Of a DNA stretch of 64,000 nt, positions 1 through 12,777 are shown piece after piece (positions within the stretch are counted from its first letter, which is position 1; each line of letters opens with the position of its first letter). Source of the DNA: Tubiluchus corallicola (Eukaryota > Animalia > Priapulida); NCBI GenBank assembly GCA_030141605.1, contig JAQGDQ010000718.1, forward strand, positions 44,170 through 108,169, written 5' to 3'. The notes below the pieces were generated by a model that did not search any database, was not told the origin of the DNA, and was given only the letters and a program-made list of their open reading frames with translations. The translations under genes and the position numbers were made by a program.

Positions 1-298
1 TTTCACTCTTGTCAACTAAATTTAGAGAAAAATATAACAGAAATGCTGCAAAAATTGTCTATAAAGCGTAAAGTTAATTTATGCTACCGTAGTAGAAATT
101 TTCCGAGACGGTGGTTGCTGCCATTTACTTGAAATTGTGACGTAATTGGTGGACTTCGTGACTTTCCATTAGCGCGCCGCTGCTTAAACTAATTCAAACT
201 TTTGCAGTTTATCTAAAATTAGCTATTTAATTTGTTGAAAATCATATTTTAACGGAAATTGACATTCTGCTTTTTTTCAACCGATGAACGCCGTCATT
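1..298 (-). mobile_element. MITE family A fragment
   Basis: Diverged reverse-complement similarity to about 18920-19250 and 10960-11160. Confidence 0.55.
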
Positions 299-334
299 AT
301 TATTATTGTTATTATTATTATTATTATTGTTGTT

Positions 335-370
<36 letters not shown>

Positions 371-400
371 ATTATTATTATCATTATTATCATCACCACC

Positions 401-471
<71 letters not shown>

Positions 472-513
472 TATCATTATCATTATCATCACCACCAGCA
501 TCATCATCATCGT

Positions 514-545
<32 letters not shown>

Positions 546-558
546 TCATCATCATTAT
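293..558. repeat. Compound trinucleotide microsatellite (TAT/TGT/CAT)
   Basis: Seen directly. Confidence 0.97.
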
Positions 559-907
559 TTTATTAGTACATTTATGCTTATACGTTCAATTACTAACGCT
601 TGTTTTATATATATACATAGAAAAATGTACTTTTAATTGTAGGTTATTACTTATGCAAGTTTCGGAATACAACAATTTTATGTGTTCAGTCTCTAGTTCG
701 CATAATTTATGCATCGTTGATAGAAAAAAGAGCTTTATTTTCGTTATGAAATACGCATAGTTTACATTACTATACCAACACAAACCAACATTATTTTTAC
801 TTCAATTATGCAAGATGACGCTTGTTTAGTGACAGAAAAATATGGCGACAAATTCACAAATTTGTTTTGTAAGTATGCAGAGTTTAATTACAATATTAAT
901 TTAGCAA

Positions 908-1400
908 CGACGGCCATATCACGTTGAAAACACCGGTTCTCGTCTGAACACCGAAGTTAAGCAACGTAGAGCCTGGTTAGATGGGTGACCGGCTAGGACA
1001 CTAGGCAGAGGAGCTGCACAAACAGCCAACGGCTAGAGGGCGGAGGAGGTCAAGTGACTCAACGGCCATGTGTAGAGGAGTAAACCTTCCAAATCAGGAG
1101 TGGAGCCCCGAAGGGGGACCAGTGCAGCATGCTCACTGACTCTGGCAGCTCCTGCAGCCAACCTGGTGCCAAACGTATCGCTCTGCTTTCCTTTGGACTA
1201 CACCAGGGAGGAAGAGAGGGGTTCCTGTTGTCTGGGCAACTCAGGATCTCCATACACCTTGCCCAGGCGTGCGCCCTGGAGACGTTCAAGGATCGCACTG
1301 CTCAGCCACAGTCGACGCTGCAGCTCCATCAATGTGATCAATAACTGACTCTCTTGGGGCACACTCCATTGTCTTCCGAGACAGAAGGATGCCAACAACG
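908..1400 (+). mobile_element. 5S rRNA-derived SINE with RTE-derived body (copy 1, head partly deleted)
   Basis: 5S-like head (acggccatatcacgttgaaaacaccggttctcgtc...gaagttaagcaacg), body closely matching 24797-25328, CAA-type tail, exact 9-bp TSD ATTTAGCAA at 899-907 and 1401-1409. Confidence 0.88.
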
Positions 1401-1799
1401 ATTTAGCAATGAGTTTGGAGTTTCTTTATCCTCATCAGGTATCTGCTACAAAATCGTCTTGTTTACGACGTAATTCCATCAACTTGTTTACCATGCGCAC
1501 GTCTCCATTTCGTTTCATTTCGTTTCGTGTTTTCCTTTCATTTCTCAACGCTCTCTCCCGCCATATCCCGTCGTGCACTTCATGCTGATTTGAATAATCA
1601 ACCAATTAGCGCGCGAGGCGTGTTTGACGAAGTCTGCACGACGTTTAGATAATCAGTTCATGAGACAAAGGCTCTCACCTGTCACATCGCGTTGTGCCAA
1701 TTTCATGTCATTCATGCATAAAATTATCAAGATTCCCCGTTGAGTTTGATGCATTTCATGAAAATTCCTGAGGTAAGTGGAGATCTATTGTAATTAACG

Positions 1800-2680
1800 T
1801 ACTGGCTGACTGAGTGACTGACTGTTTGACTGACTGATTGACTGACTGACTGACTGTTTGACTGACTGACTGGCTGACTCACTGACTGACTCACTGACTG
1901 ACTCACTGACTGGCTGGCTCACTGACTGACAGACTGGCTGGCTCACTGACTGACTGACTGACTGTTGACTGACTGGCTGACTGACTGACTGGCTGACTGA
2001 CTGACTGACTAACTGACTGATTGACTGACTGGTTGACTGACTGACTGACTGACTAATTGACTGACTGGTTGACTGACTGACTGACTGACTGACTGGCTGG
2101 CTGGCTGACTGACTAACTAACTGACTGACTGACTGACTGACTGACTGACTGACTGACTGACTGACTGACTGACTGACTGACTGACTGACTGACTGACTGA
2201 CTGACTGACTGACTGACTGACTAACTGACTCACTGACTGACTGACTGGCTCGCTGACTGACTGACTGACTCACTGACTGACTGACTGACTGACTGTTGAC
2301 TGACTTGCTGACTGACTGACTGGCTGACTGACTGACTGACTAACTGACTGATTGACTGACTGGTTGACTGACTGACTGACTGACTAATTGACTGACTGGT
2401 TGACTGACTGACTGACTGACTGACTGACTGGCTGGCTGGCTGGCTGACTGACTAACTAACTGACTGACTGACTGACTGACTGACTGACTGACTGACTGAC
2501 TGACTGACTGACTGACTGACTGACTGACTGACTGACTGACTGACTGACTAACTGACTCACTGACTGACTGACTGGCTCGCCGACTGACTAACTGACTCAC
2601 TGACTGACTGACTGGCTCGCCGACTGACTGACTGACTCACTGACTGACTGACTGGCTGGCTGACTGACTAACTGACTGAC
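1800..2680. repeat. (GACT)n microsatellite with an internal higher-order duplication
   Basis: Seen directly. Confidence 0.97.
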
Positions 2681-3009
2681 TGATTTTGATTTTTTTGATT
2701 TAATATTTTATTTCAAACTTTACAAAGTTCATATACACATCACAAATTAATACAAATAATACAATAAATCATGACACACAACAATAACACAAATAACAAT
2801 TAACGATATAACAAACTACGCCAATGACGTCTAATTACAGAAGTAAAGTTTACATCACTGTTTGAAATGTTCTTGCATATAAAATTTTCACTCTTATTCA
2901 GCCTGACGTGTAAACTGTATGCACATTTTCTGTGAATCACATCAAAATAAATAATATTAAGTCTAGTAGAATATCTAGCGCTTGTATCATATGAAAAGTT
3001 AAACAGCTT
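2681..3009 (-). mobile_element. 5'-truncated LINE 3' end (same family as 20941-22172)
   Basis: Reverse complement of 21346-21535 joined to 22032-22172; AATAAA followed by an (AAATC)-like tail. Confidence 0.85.
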
Positions 3010-3124
3010 AAACTGACTGACAGACTGACTGACTGACTGACTGGCTGACTGTTAGACCGTTTGACTGACCAACTGCCTGATCTACATACAATCAACTGAT
3101 TAACTTTCTGCCAGCCTACCTGAC

Positions 3125-3672
3125 ACACTCACTCACTCACTCACTCACTCACTCACTCACTCACTCACTCACTCACTCACTCACTCACTCACTCACTCAC
3201 TCACTCACTCACTCACTCACTCACTCACTCACTCACTCACTCACTCACTCACTCACTCACTCACTCACTGACTCACTCACTCACTCACTCACTCACTCAC
3301 TCGCTCGCTCACTCACTCACTCATTCACTCACTCACTTACTCACTCACTCACTCACTCACTCACTCATTCATTCACTCACTCACTCACTCACTCGCTCGC
3401 TCACTCACTCATTCACTCACTCACTCACTCACTCACTCACTCACTCATTCACTCACTCATTCACTCACTCACTCACTCACTCATTCACTCACTCACTCAC
3501 TCACTCACTCGCTCACTCACTCACTCATTCACTCACTCACTCACTCACTCGCTCACTCACTCATTCACTCACTCACTCACTGACTCACTGACTCACTGAC
3601 TCACTCACTCACTCACTCACTCACTCGCTCACTCACTCACTCATTCACTCACTCACTCGCTCACTCACTCTC
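3125..3672. repeat. (CACT)n microsatellite
   Basis: Seen directly. Confidence 0.97.
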
Positions 3673-3899
3673 TGATTGACTTACTAATTTACTGACTGAG
3701 GTAAGTACTACTGAATAACTGATTGATTAATTTGTCTCACAAATTGATTAAGCAATGAATAAGCGAAGCATAGACGAATATTGTGATTCAGAGAGGAAAA
3801 GAGAACGAAGGAAAGAAGAACAAAGAAAGGAAGTTAAAACGAGGCAATGAGAACAGGTGAAAAAAGAAAGAAAGTAAAAGGAAAGGAAAAGAAAAGAAA

Positions 3900-4312
<413 letters not shown>

Positions 4313-4549
4313 ATAAGAAATAACAGAAGAAATAAACAGACAAACAGGCTACAGAATGAGAGTTTAAATGCTGAATGAGCCACTGCTACAACTCTGTGCC
4401 ATTTTCATAACATTTTCCATAACAGTTACGTAAACAAATTATTTCGCATTATTACATGTATAATGAATATGTATATATTTGCCTAGTTCTTCGTGTAATA
4501 AAACTATAATTTAACCTTTATATGGTTATGTATAAAGTTTTACATGAAA

Positions 4550-4914
4550 TGAAAAACAAAATTTTTTAATATCTTGCTCTATTTTGAAGTACATGTAAAA
4601 GTATGCATTTTACCGCCTATATTAATGCCAAAGCGTTTCTGATAATTAAATAATGGTTTTTATAAACTTTATTAACACAATGAACCCCGCTAGTGACGAC
4701 GTCACAATTGAACATAATTTCGAGCTACAGAAATATTTCAGGAGCGTGTTGCACATGTTTGTGAAAGCGAAGGTTAAAGTATAGTGATACTGTAAGAGAT
4801 TTAGAGTGATACACAAAAACTGGAGAAAATTTATTTCTAAATTTTTAAAGTCTAAGTTTACTACTGCGTCATACTTAGAGCTTCGGTTTAAAATTGGGTT
4901 ATGTTTTCCTTTAA
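4550..4914 (-). mobile_element. MITE family C-related diverged copy
   Basis: Reverse-complement similarity to about 22850-23100; ends gttttcct-TTAA. Confidence 0.5.
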
Positions 4915-5271
4915 CGCTGTCTAGCTAAATCTTTTTATTTAGTTTTATTTTTATTTGACGAAAGTTTCGAGAATATTCTAGCAGTCTTCTTGCAGACAAA
5001 ATTTTCATGCATTTCTAAGTCACAACGTTTTTCTCACATAAGCTCGTGTAAGCTTCTCGTAGTTTGCTTGACTTTATGTAACCAGATTTGTCGTTTACAC
5101 CTGTTCTCTGGCTTTTGTAAAATAGTTTTTAACACTAAGATATTCCTCTGCCTTTGAGAATAAGTATAACATTTGCTTAAACCATTTTTATTAACTCTTC
5201 ACAAAGTTAAGAATATTTTTTTAATTTATAACGACGCTTAATTGCTCGATTATATAATATAATGTAATATG

Positions 5272-5358
5272 AATTCATTCGTTCGTTCATTTATTCATTC
5301 ATTCATTCATTCATTCATTCATTCATTCATTCATTCATTCATTCATTCATTCATTCGT

Positions 5359-5418
<60 letters not shown>

Positions 5419-5600
5419 TCATTCATTCATTCATTCATTCTTCCTTCATTCATTCCTTCCTTTCTTTCATTCATTCTTTCATTCTTTCTTCATTCATTCA
5501 TTCATTCATTCATTCATTCATTCATTCTTTCATTCATTTAATCATTCATTTATTCACTCACTAACTCATTCTTTCATTCATTTAATCATTCATTCATTCT
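5272..5600. repeat. (TTCA/TTTC)n microsatellite
   Basis: Seen directly. Confidence 0.95.
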
Positions 5601-5699
5601 AATCATCAGTAATCAGCCGCTTACAAAATGCACAGACAACCGTCCAAGCTGCCAGGGCTTAAAGCAGTCAGAAGCCATTTGGCCAACTAGCTAATCAGT

Positions 5700-6118
5700 G
5701 TATAGAAATTTTTACGCGTAATGGCGTAATTATGACGTAACTGGCGGCTTCGTAACTTCTCGGAAGTGCATCGTGGTTTTTCGTAGGCCAGCACCGGTTA
5801 CAGTAATTTAAACTTCCGTACCTACCCTAGTATTCATAAAAATATCACAAAATTAGCAGTCTAGTTTTCTTATGAAAACTTCTTATACATTTGACACAAA
5901 TTTACAAAGCGTTGTTGTTCTTCCGTCGACGGGTGACGTCATTGGTGGACGAATGGGAGCGCAATCATTGTGTTCAATAACCTAATGATCGCGACTTTAA
6001 AGTGTTTTTACTCTTCATAGGAGACGCTTGATGCACTTTTATTACTAAATGCTTCTAATATTTTCTTCGAACAATCGAAATAAGTCCAACTTCCCAGAAG
6101 GCTTGTCTTTTCCTTTAA
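5700..6118 (-). mobile_element. MITE family A copy
   Basis: Ends aacttcccagaaggcttgtcttttcct-TTAA, the reverse complement of the family A left end. Confidence 0.7.
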
Positions 6119-6454
6119 CTACCCTGTGGAGAACTCACCGTTGAGCTGTTCAAGGGTCAAGAGAATGGAAAAACAACTCAAAAACTGGGCTTCCTATGAA
6201 ACAAATTAGCTGTTATATTAGCAGTTTGGCTGATCCCTTAACCTGCTGCTTTTACGTCGTTCTAAACCTCCCATTAGTCATAATTAGCAGCTTCATCAGT
6301 AAATGAAACTTAGCTGTCAGAGAGTGTTGCCGAAAGACTGCGCATGCGTGGAACCTTGAATAAATTGCAGTGAAGCCAGGAGGAAGATTTATTAAAAGCA
6401 GAAGTAAGTTTTTCAATGTGCAAGTGTTAGCAATGAGTGATAATAATCATTATG

Positions 6455-7121
6455 TAGGTTTTACATGTCAAATGTAGACCTGCGTTAACTCAAATGTAGA
6501 TTTAGGTAATTCAAATGTGTCTTGGTAACTCAAATGTAGATTTAGGTAATTCAAATGTGTCTTGGTAACTCAAATGTAGACTTAGGTAGTTCAAATGTGT
6601 TAGCAATGGTTTTCAAGAAATCTTAAGCGTTTTTGGTAAGTCAAATGTAGACACATGTCAAGTCAAATGTGACATTGGTATCTCAAATGTGGATAGGTGG
6701 TAAAGTTTAAGGATGTTAAATTTAATCTTCTTTAATTTTAATTTAATAATTGCTCTTAAGTTAAAATAACAATGTTATAGGTTCACTAATATTCTGTAAA
6801 CTTTACATACCATTGGAACTGTTAGAGAAAATAATACATTCTTAAAATAAACAATGTTTCTTGAGAGAAACTAATTCATTAATGCAGTGCTAATGTATTA
6901 CTTAAAAAACTAATTAGTGATTCACTGTTCATTGGGAAGGGATAAACAACACATTTTTCAAAGTTATGAAAGAGGTGATGACTATCTTTGGTTTATCTAC
7001 ATTTGACTTACCCAAGTCACATTTGAGCTACCAAAACACATTCGAAATTCCTATGTCTATATTTGACTTACCTAAGTCACATTTGAACTTTTCTGTGTCT
7101 ACATTTGACGTGTAAAACCTA
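6455..7121. mobile_element. Foldback-like MITE with ~20-bp subterminal repeats
   Basis: TAGGTTTTACATGTCAAATGTAGAC ... GTCTACATTTGACGTGTAAAACCTA; TCAAATGT repeats on the left arm and ACATTTGA repeats on the right arm. Confidence 0.78.
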
Positions 7122-7339
7122 TAGTAGGAATTTATAAGAAAGATTGTATCACGAATTGTTCTAAGCGGGAGAGTTAAAATTTCAATGGTGAGTAGACCTA
7201 ATAATGATATGCTTTTCTTGAATGAAATTTTTCTTGAATTAAGTAAGTTACCTGATTTCATTGAACTACGAACTATGGATTTTATTTCACACATCAAAAA
7301 ATACAATATCAAACACATTAACAAACTTTAAATAAAATA

Positions 7340-8300
7340 ATTTGAGTAGTTCAAGGTGAGTGCACGACCATACGGTCATTAACACACTCACCTTACTTAA
7401 ATGAAAAAATGATTATAGTTATGCATGCTTCTGTAGATAGCTTAATGTGAATAAGGATGAAGTAAGTGATGTAATAATTTGAGTACTGCGAGGTGAGTGT
7501 ACGACCATACGGTCATTAACACACTCACCTTACTTAAATGAAAAAATGATTATAGTTATGCATGCTTCTGTAGATAACTTAATGTGAATAAGGATGAAGT
7601 AAGTGATGTAATAATTTGAGTAGTGCGAGGTGAGTGTACGACCATACGGTCATTAACACACTCACCTTACTTAAATGAAAAAATGATTATAATTATGCAT
7701 GCTTCTGTAGATAACTTAATGTAAATAAGGATGAAGTAAATGATGTAATAATGTGAGTAGTGCGAGGTGAGTGTACGACCATATGGTCATTAACACACTC
7801 ACCTTACTTAAATGAAAAAATGATTATAATTATGCATGCTTCTGTAGATAACTTAATGTAAATAAGGATGAAGTAAATGATGTAATAATGTGAGTAGTGC
7901 GAGGTGAGTGTACGACCATACGGTCATTAACACATTCACCTTACTTAAATGAAAAAATGATTATAGTTATGCATGCTTCTGTAGATAACTTAATGTAAAT
8001 AAGGATGAAGTAAATGATGTAATAATTTGAGTAGTGCGAGGTGAGTGTACGACCATACGGTCATTAACACACTCGTCTTACTTCAATGAAAAAATGATTA
8101 TAGTTATGCATGCTTCTGTAGATAACTTAATGTAAATAAGGATGAAGTAAATGATGTAATAATTTGAGTAGTGCGAGGTGAGTGTACGACCATACGATCA
8201 TTAACACACTCACCTTACTTAAATGAAAAAATGATTATAGTTATGCATGCTTCTGTAGATAACTTAATGTAAATAAGGATGAAGTAAATGATGTAATAAT
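7340..8300. repeat. 137-bp satellite, about 7 copies, each with a hairpin
   Basis: Unit starts at 7344, 7481, 7618 and onward at 137-bp spacing. Confidence 0.95.
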
Positions 8301-8694
8301 AGCAATGGTATAAGAGCAATAAACCTGAAAGTTGAGAAAGTCAAACATAATATGTAATTACGACTTTGAGTGAGTCTTAAAGAGTGAAAATTTTTGTTTA
8401 AATAGTTATGAATATGAATTATGTGATTATCTGTCAATGCACCACTTACTTGATTTACAATGTAAACGAAAACCCTGTGATAATAATGATGTATAATGAT
8501 GATGATGATGATGATAAGTATGTGTGATCATTTTAATTTAATGATAAATGGAAAATTTCTGCTTTTTTTTGACTTGTAATAAAAAATTATTGCGGGATTT
8601 TTCGGGATTTTCATTTTTTAACATGTTATTCCAAGTATTGTTCAATGACGTAGGGAACTGATAATAATTTCCTGGAGTTTGATTAGGATACATC

Positions 8695-9075
8695 CAGGGC
8701 TGGATTCTCTTATTGGCTAGTACAGCCTAGGGCTTTAAAGCTTATGGGGGGGGGGTGTCAAACTTTGGTAACATTTGGTAAAAAAATCTGTTTTTAATTA
8801 CGGTTTTCTTAATTAAAATATGCGCTAATTTGGTTGACAATAAATAATAAAATAGTGATAAGAATTAAAGAATCTATTTTTTGTCAAATAAAAGATAGTT
8901 TTTCTCTAGTTTATTTAAAGAATTTGCACCAAGCTGTGCAAATGTCGATAAAATACGACAGGAGCAAAAACATCTCCAAGGCGGGTGCGAGAGAGTTAAA
9001 CGATGGGTCCGTCTGAGGGGGGACAGCATACTTTCGTTACCCTAGGCGCCTCCAAAAGGTCATCATCCGGCCCTG
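8695..9075. mobile_element. hAT-type MITE
   Basis: TIRs CAGGGCTGGAT / ATCCGGCCCTG; 8-bp TSD GATACATC/GATACATA. Confidence 0.8.
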
Positions 9076-9297
9076 GATACATACAGGAATCTCTAAGCAC
9101 TTGTGCAATTTGTCCATTTCTATTACCACCACTGGATGATAGCTTATATCAGATTAAGTACATAAGATGACACGCTTGGCATTACTTAACGAATATTTAA
9201 CAAGAGAATATGACCTCTGTGCTGCGTTTTTATTCGGTTTGGCACCGTGGAGGAAATTTAGCGTCCAGTGACAGGATCCTTGGCATGTGGGAACTTT

Positions 9298-9472
9298 GGT
9301 AGATTAGTTCACCAAGAGGAGATACCAAACTGGTAGATGCATCTTAGTGACTGGAGCCAAGGCTACTAGATTGGAGCTTAGGTAGATTAGTTCACCAAGA
9401 GGAGATACCAAACTGGTAGATGCATCTTAGTGACTGGAGCCTAGGTAGATTAATTCATTAAGAGGAGATACC
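9298..9472. repeat. Short direct repeat (about 2.5 copies of a ~62-bp core)
   Basis: ggtagattagttcaccaagaggagatacca repeated three times. Confidence 0.85.
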
Positions 9473-9669
9473 AGACCATATACGTGTGTGTGTGTGTGTG
9501 TGTGTGCGTATGCGTGCGCGTGTGTGTGCGCGTGCGTGTGCGTGCGTGTGTTTGTGCGTATGTAGGAACTAATTCAAAGTTCTGACAAAATTTTCAATCT
9601 ATTTTTTCCATAAAACTTGTTCTACTTTTGACGGAAATAATTGACAGTGCACTGTTTTTCTTCAGTTGA

Positions 9670-9729
9670 TATACATATATCACATATACATATTATCACA
9701 TATATATATATGACGTCACTGGTGGACAT

Positions 9730-9799
<70 letters not shown>

Positions 9800-9977
9800 A
9801 TGTCCACCAGTGACGTCATATATATGTGATAATATGTGTGTGTGTGTGTGATGTCCACCAGTGACGTCATATATATATATATGTGATAATATGTATATAT
9901 ATATATGTGTGTGTGTGATGTCCACCAGTGACGTCATATATGTATGTGATAATATGTATATACTATGTGATATATGT
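9670..9977. repeat. Long palindrome with (CA)n-(AT)n-(TG)n centre and triplicated right arm
   Basis: TGACGTCACTGGTGGACATCACAC faces GTGTGATGTCCACCAGTGACGTCA, which occurs three times. Confidence 0.9.
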
Positions 9978-10698
9978 GGGCTAATATTGGATACTGAAAC
10001 ATGTCAATATTTCTATAAAATTTGGGGGTTCCACTAGTGAGTTTGGTCTAACGCCCGCAAATAGGTAAATCCGCCTTTCGTCATCAATGTATTCACTGAT
10101 CGGTGAAAGCTCACATTCAATTTCAAAGCACAAATACTAGATGTATGTATGTAACTGTTATGAAACATTACCTTACACTAAATGAATCACTTCACCTGAA
10201 TGTTTTATCACATGTTGTGGGCGTAAGCTGCTATTGCTTACCTTCTTTATTAGCTACTTAATGAATGTGTATACGGCAGAGTGAGGCATTGAGAAAAGTA
10301 ATGAATGCACTGGGAATCTGTTATTCACATTTTGATGGTTTCCCATGTTGGCAAGTTGATAATGATGACATTGCATAAGGTGAAGTAAGCGTTGTAATAT
10401 CAGAGGCGTTAAGAGCAAGAGCAAATGGCGTTTTGCCTCGAGGGGAATACTGCAATTATACTTGTCACTAAGTGGGCTCAGTGATCGCTGAGTTTGGCAA
10501 CGCCGAGTTGGTAAGTAATTGGATAGTTGACCGTCTGATAACAAATTCCGACTATTTACAATTTTCAAGGATGATGAAAACATGCCCGAAATATTTGTTC
10601 AGTAGGATTTTTGGTGTATATTTGTTATTTTTTGGCTAAATCCTCACACACACAGCCCAAAACTAGGTCACTTGAGCCACAATTAAAATATTAAATTC

Positions 10699-11196
10699 TT
10701 AAAGGAAAGGCCAAGACTTCTGGGAAGTTAGGCTAATTTCAATGTCAGTGAGAAATATTAGAAAGATTTAGTAAAAAACTGTTAATAAGCGGCTCGTGTG
10801 ATTAGTAAAATCACTTTAAAGTCGCCATCATTCACGCTTGTGTGCTATCATTTTCAACACCCAATCTTTCACTAATGAATTTCTGTGGAAAGTATATTAA
10901 GTTTTTGCAAAAAAATAGATTTCTATTTTGTCACACTTTTGCGTGAACATTAGGGAAGCTGCAGAACTTTGAATTAGTCTAATCAGCGCGCTCTTACGGA
11001 TGGCCGCGATGCGCTTACGAAAATTCACGAGATCCACCAGTTACGTCATGATTTTCAACTGAATGACGGCAACCACCATTCTCAAACATGGTCTGTACGG
11101 CCGTAGTATAAATTACTTATATTATAATAAGTTTAAACTTTAAGTGACAATAGTAAAATTAACCCAACATGCAAAATGACTTGTCTTTCCCTTTAA
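10699..11196 (+). mobile_element. TTAA-flanked MITE family A (Kolobok-like), complete copy
   Basis: TTAA-AGGAAAGGCCAAGAC...GACTTGTCTTTCCCT-TTAA imperfect TIRs; related diverged copies elsewhere in the window. Confidence 0.78.
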
Positions 11197-11548
11197 AGAA
11201 TCATTTGTTTTACCTGACCAGCTTATCCACACATTGAGTTGATTCGGGAGATTTCAATACCATCTTCACGAATTTATAGTAAACAGTGTACATCTGCTCG
11301 CATCGCAGGCTTATGAGTTACACTGCAACAAAAGCTACTTATATTAACGAACAATTGGTGAATTGAGCATTAAGTATCTTCCAGTATTGTTGAAGAATAT
11401 ATGTGCATTATCCGTTCCATTCAAACCTGCGGGCTTCATTATATGACACGTTCTCCATTACATTGTCAATGGGGGGGGGTATCTCTGGAATATTCGGCTA
11501 AAGTAAAAATTCCCCAAACACAAAAGAAATTAGTTCGTGAAGCGGATT

Positions 11549-11775
11549 ACGGTTAGGGTTTGGGTTACGGTCAGGGTAAGGGTCAGGGTTAGGGTCAGGG
11601 TCAGGGTTAGGGTTAGGGTCAGGATATTTTAAATTGAGTGGGGGATTGTAAACTCTTTCCAAATATTCTGTCATCTAGGCGAAATTTGGGGTAGGGTTAA
11701 GGTTAGAATTAGAGTTAGGGTTGTGGTTACGGTTAAGGCTAGGGTAGGGTTAGGGTTAGGGTGGGGTTAGGGTTG
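11549..11775 (+). repeat. Degenerate interstitial (TTAGGG)n-like tracts
   Basis: GGTTAG/GGTCAG hexamers at 11549-11622 and 11688-11775. Confidence 0.85.
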
Positions 11776-11776
11776 T

Positions 11777-12212
11777 TAATTTGTCTTCACACGCTGCCCT
11801 AATTTGTACTCAGATGCTGCCCTGATTTCTCCTCGCATGCTGCCCTAATTTGTCCTCACATGCTGCCCTAATTTCTCCTCGTATGTTGCCCTAATTTGTA
11901 CTCACATGCTGCCCTGATTTCTCCTCGCATGCTGCTCTAATTTGTACTCACATGCTGCCCTAATTTCTCCTCGTATGTTGCCCTAATTTCTCCTCACATG
12001 CTGCCCTAATTTCTCCTCACATGCTGCCCTAATTTCTCCTCACATGCTGCCCTAATTTCTCCTCACATGCTGCCCTAATTTCTCCTCACATGCTGCCCTA
12101 ATTTGTCCTCACATGCTGCCCTAATTTCTCCTCGTATGCTGCCCTAATTTCTCCTCACATGCTGCCCTAATTTCTCCTCACATGCTGCCCTAATTTGCCC
12201 TCACAAATTTGT
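11777..12212. repeat. 23-bp minisatellite, about 18 copies
   Basis: Unit catgctgccctaatttctcctca. Confidence 0.95.
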
Positions 12213-12777
12213 ACTTTGGGTTTGCCTCAAAATTGCGCAGATATTGCCATCACCTTCTGAAAATCTTACATTAATTATCTTCTTAACTTACTAAAAATTT
12301 CAAATTCCTCGTTAAATGTTTTTGCCAGGTCACATTATTGCCGGAACAAACCAAGTTAACGCCTTCTCCGTCGCCTATATAGTTTCATCTTGTCAAAAAC
12401 ACCGTCATTTTGTTGTTAGAACCCAGCTTTAGTTTCCGATTTTTCTCTTAAGAATAACCAGACCCAACACTTAATGATCAAAGCTTTCTCATTACGACTA
12501 TGTCTATTATAGGTTTTGACACTAGAATAAAAAAATCTTGCGTGCACTTTCTCTTAGACTCCCTGAGAGACAAAAGTTTAGTCTTGACGACGTTAATACC
12601 TTTGATGTAACGTAATCTCCCTTTTTCGCCTTGTCTTATTAAGCTCGAGTTTTCAACTTCAAGGGCTTTGCGCCTTAGTCTTATTAAGCTCGAGTTTTCA
12701 ACTTCAAGGGCTTTGCGCCTTAGTCTATACACTTGAAATGCAAGTTTAAAAGTACTAATATTTCATTGTGCTCAGAC

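Noticed and set aside
1000-1290. HDV-like ribozyme in the RTE-derived SINE body
   Set aside because: Only a simple hairpin (CTGGGCAA...TTGCCCAG) is evident; I could not assemble the nested double pseudoknot by eye.
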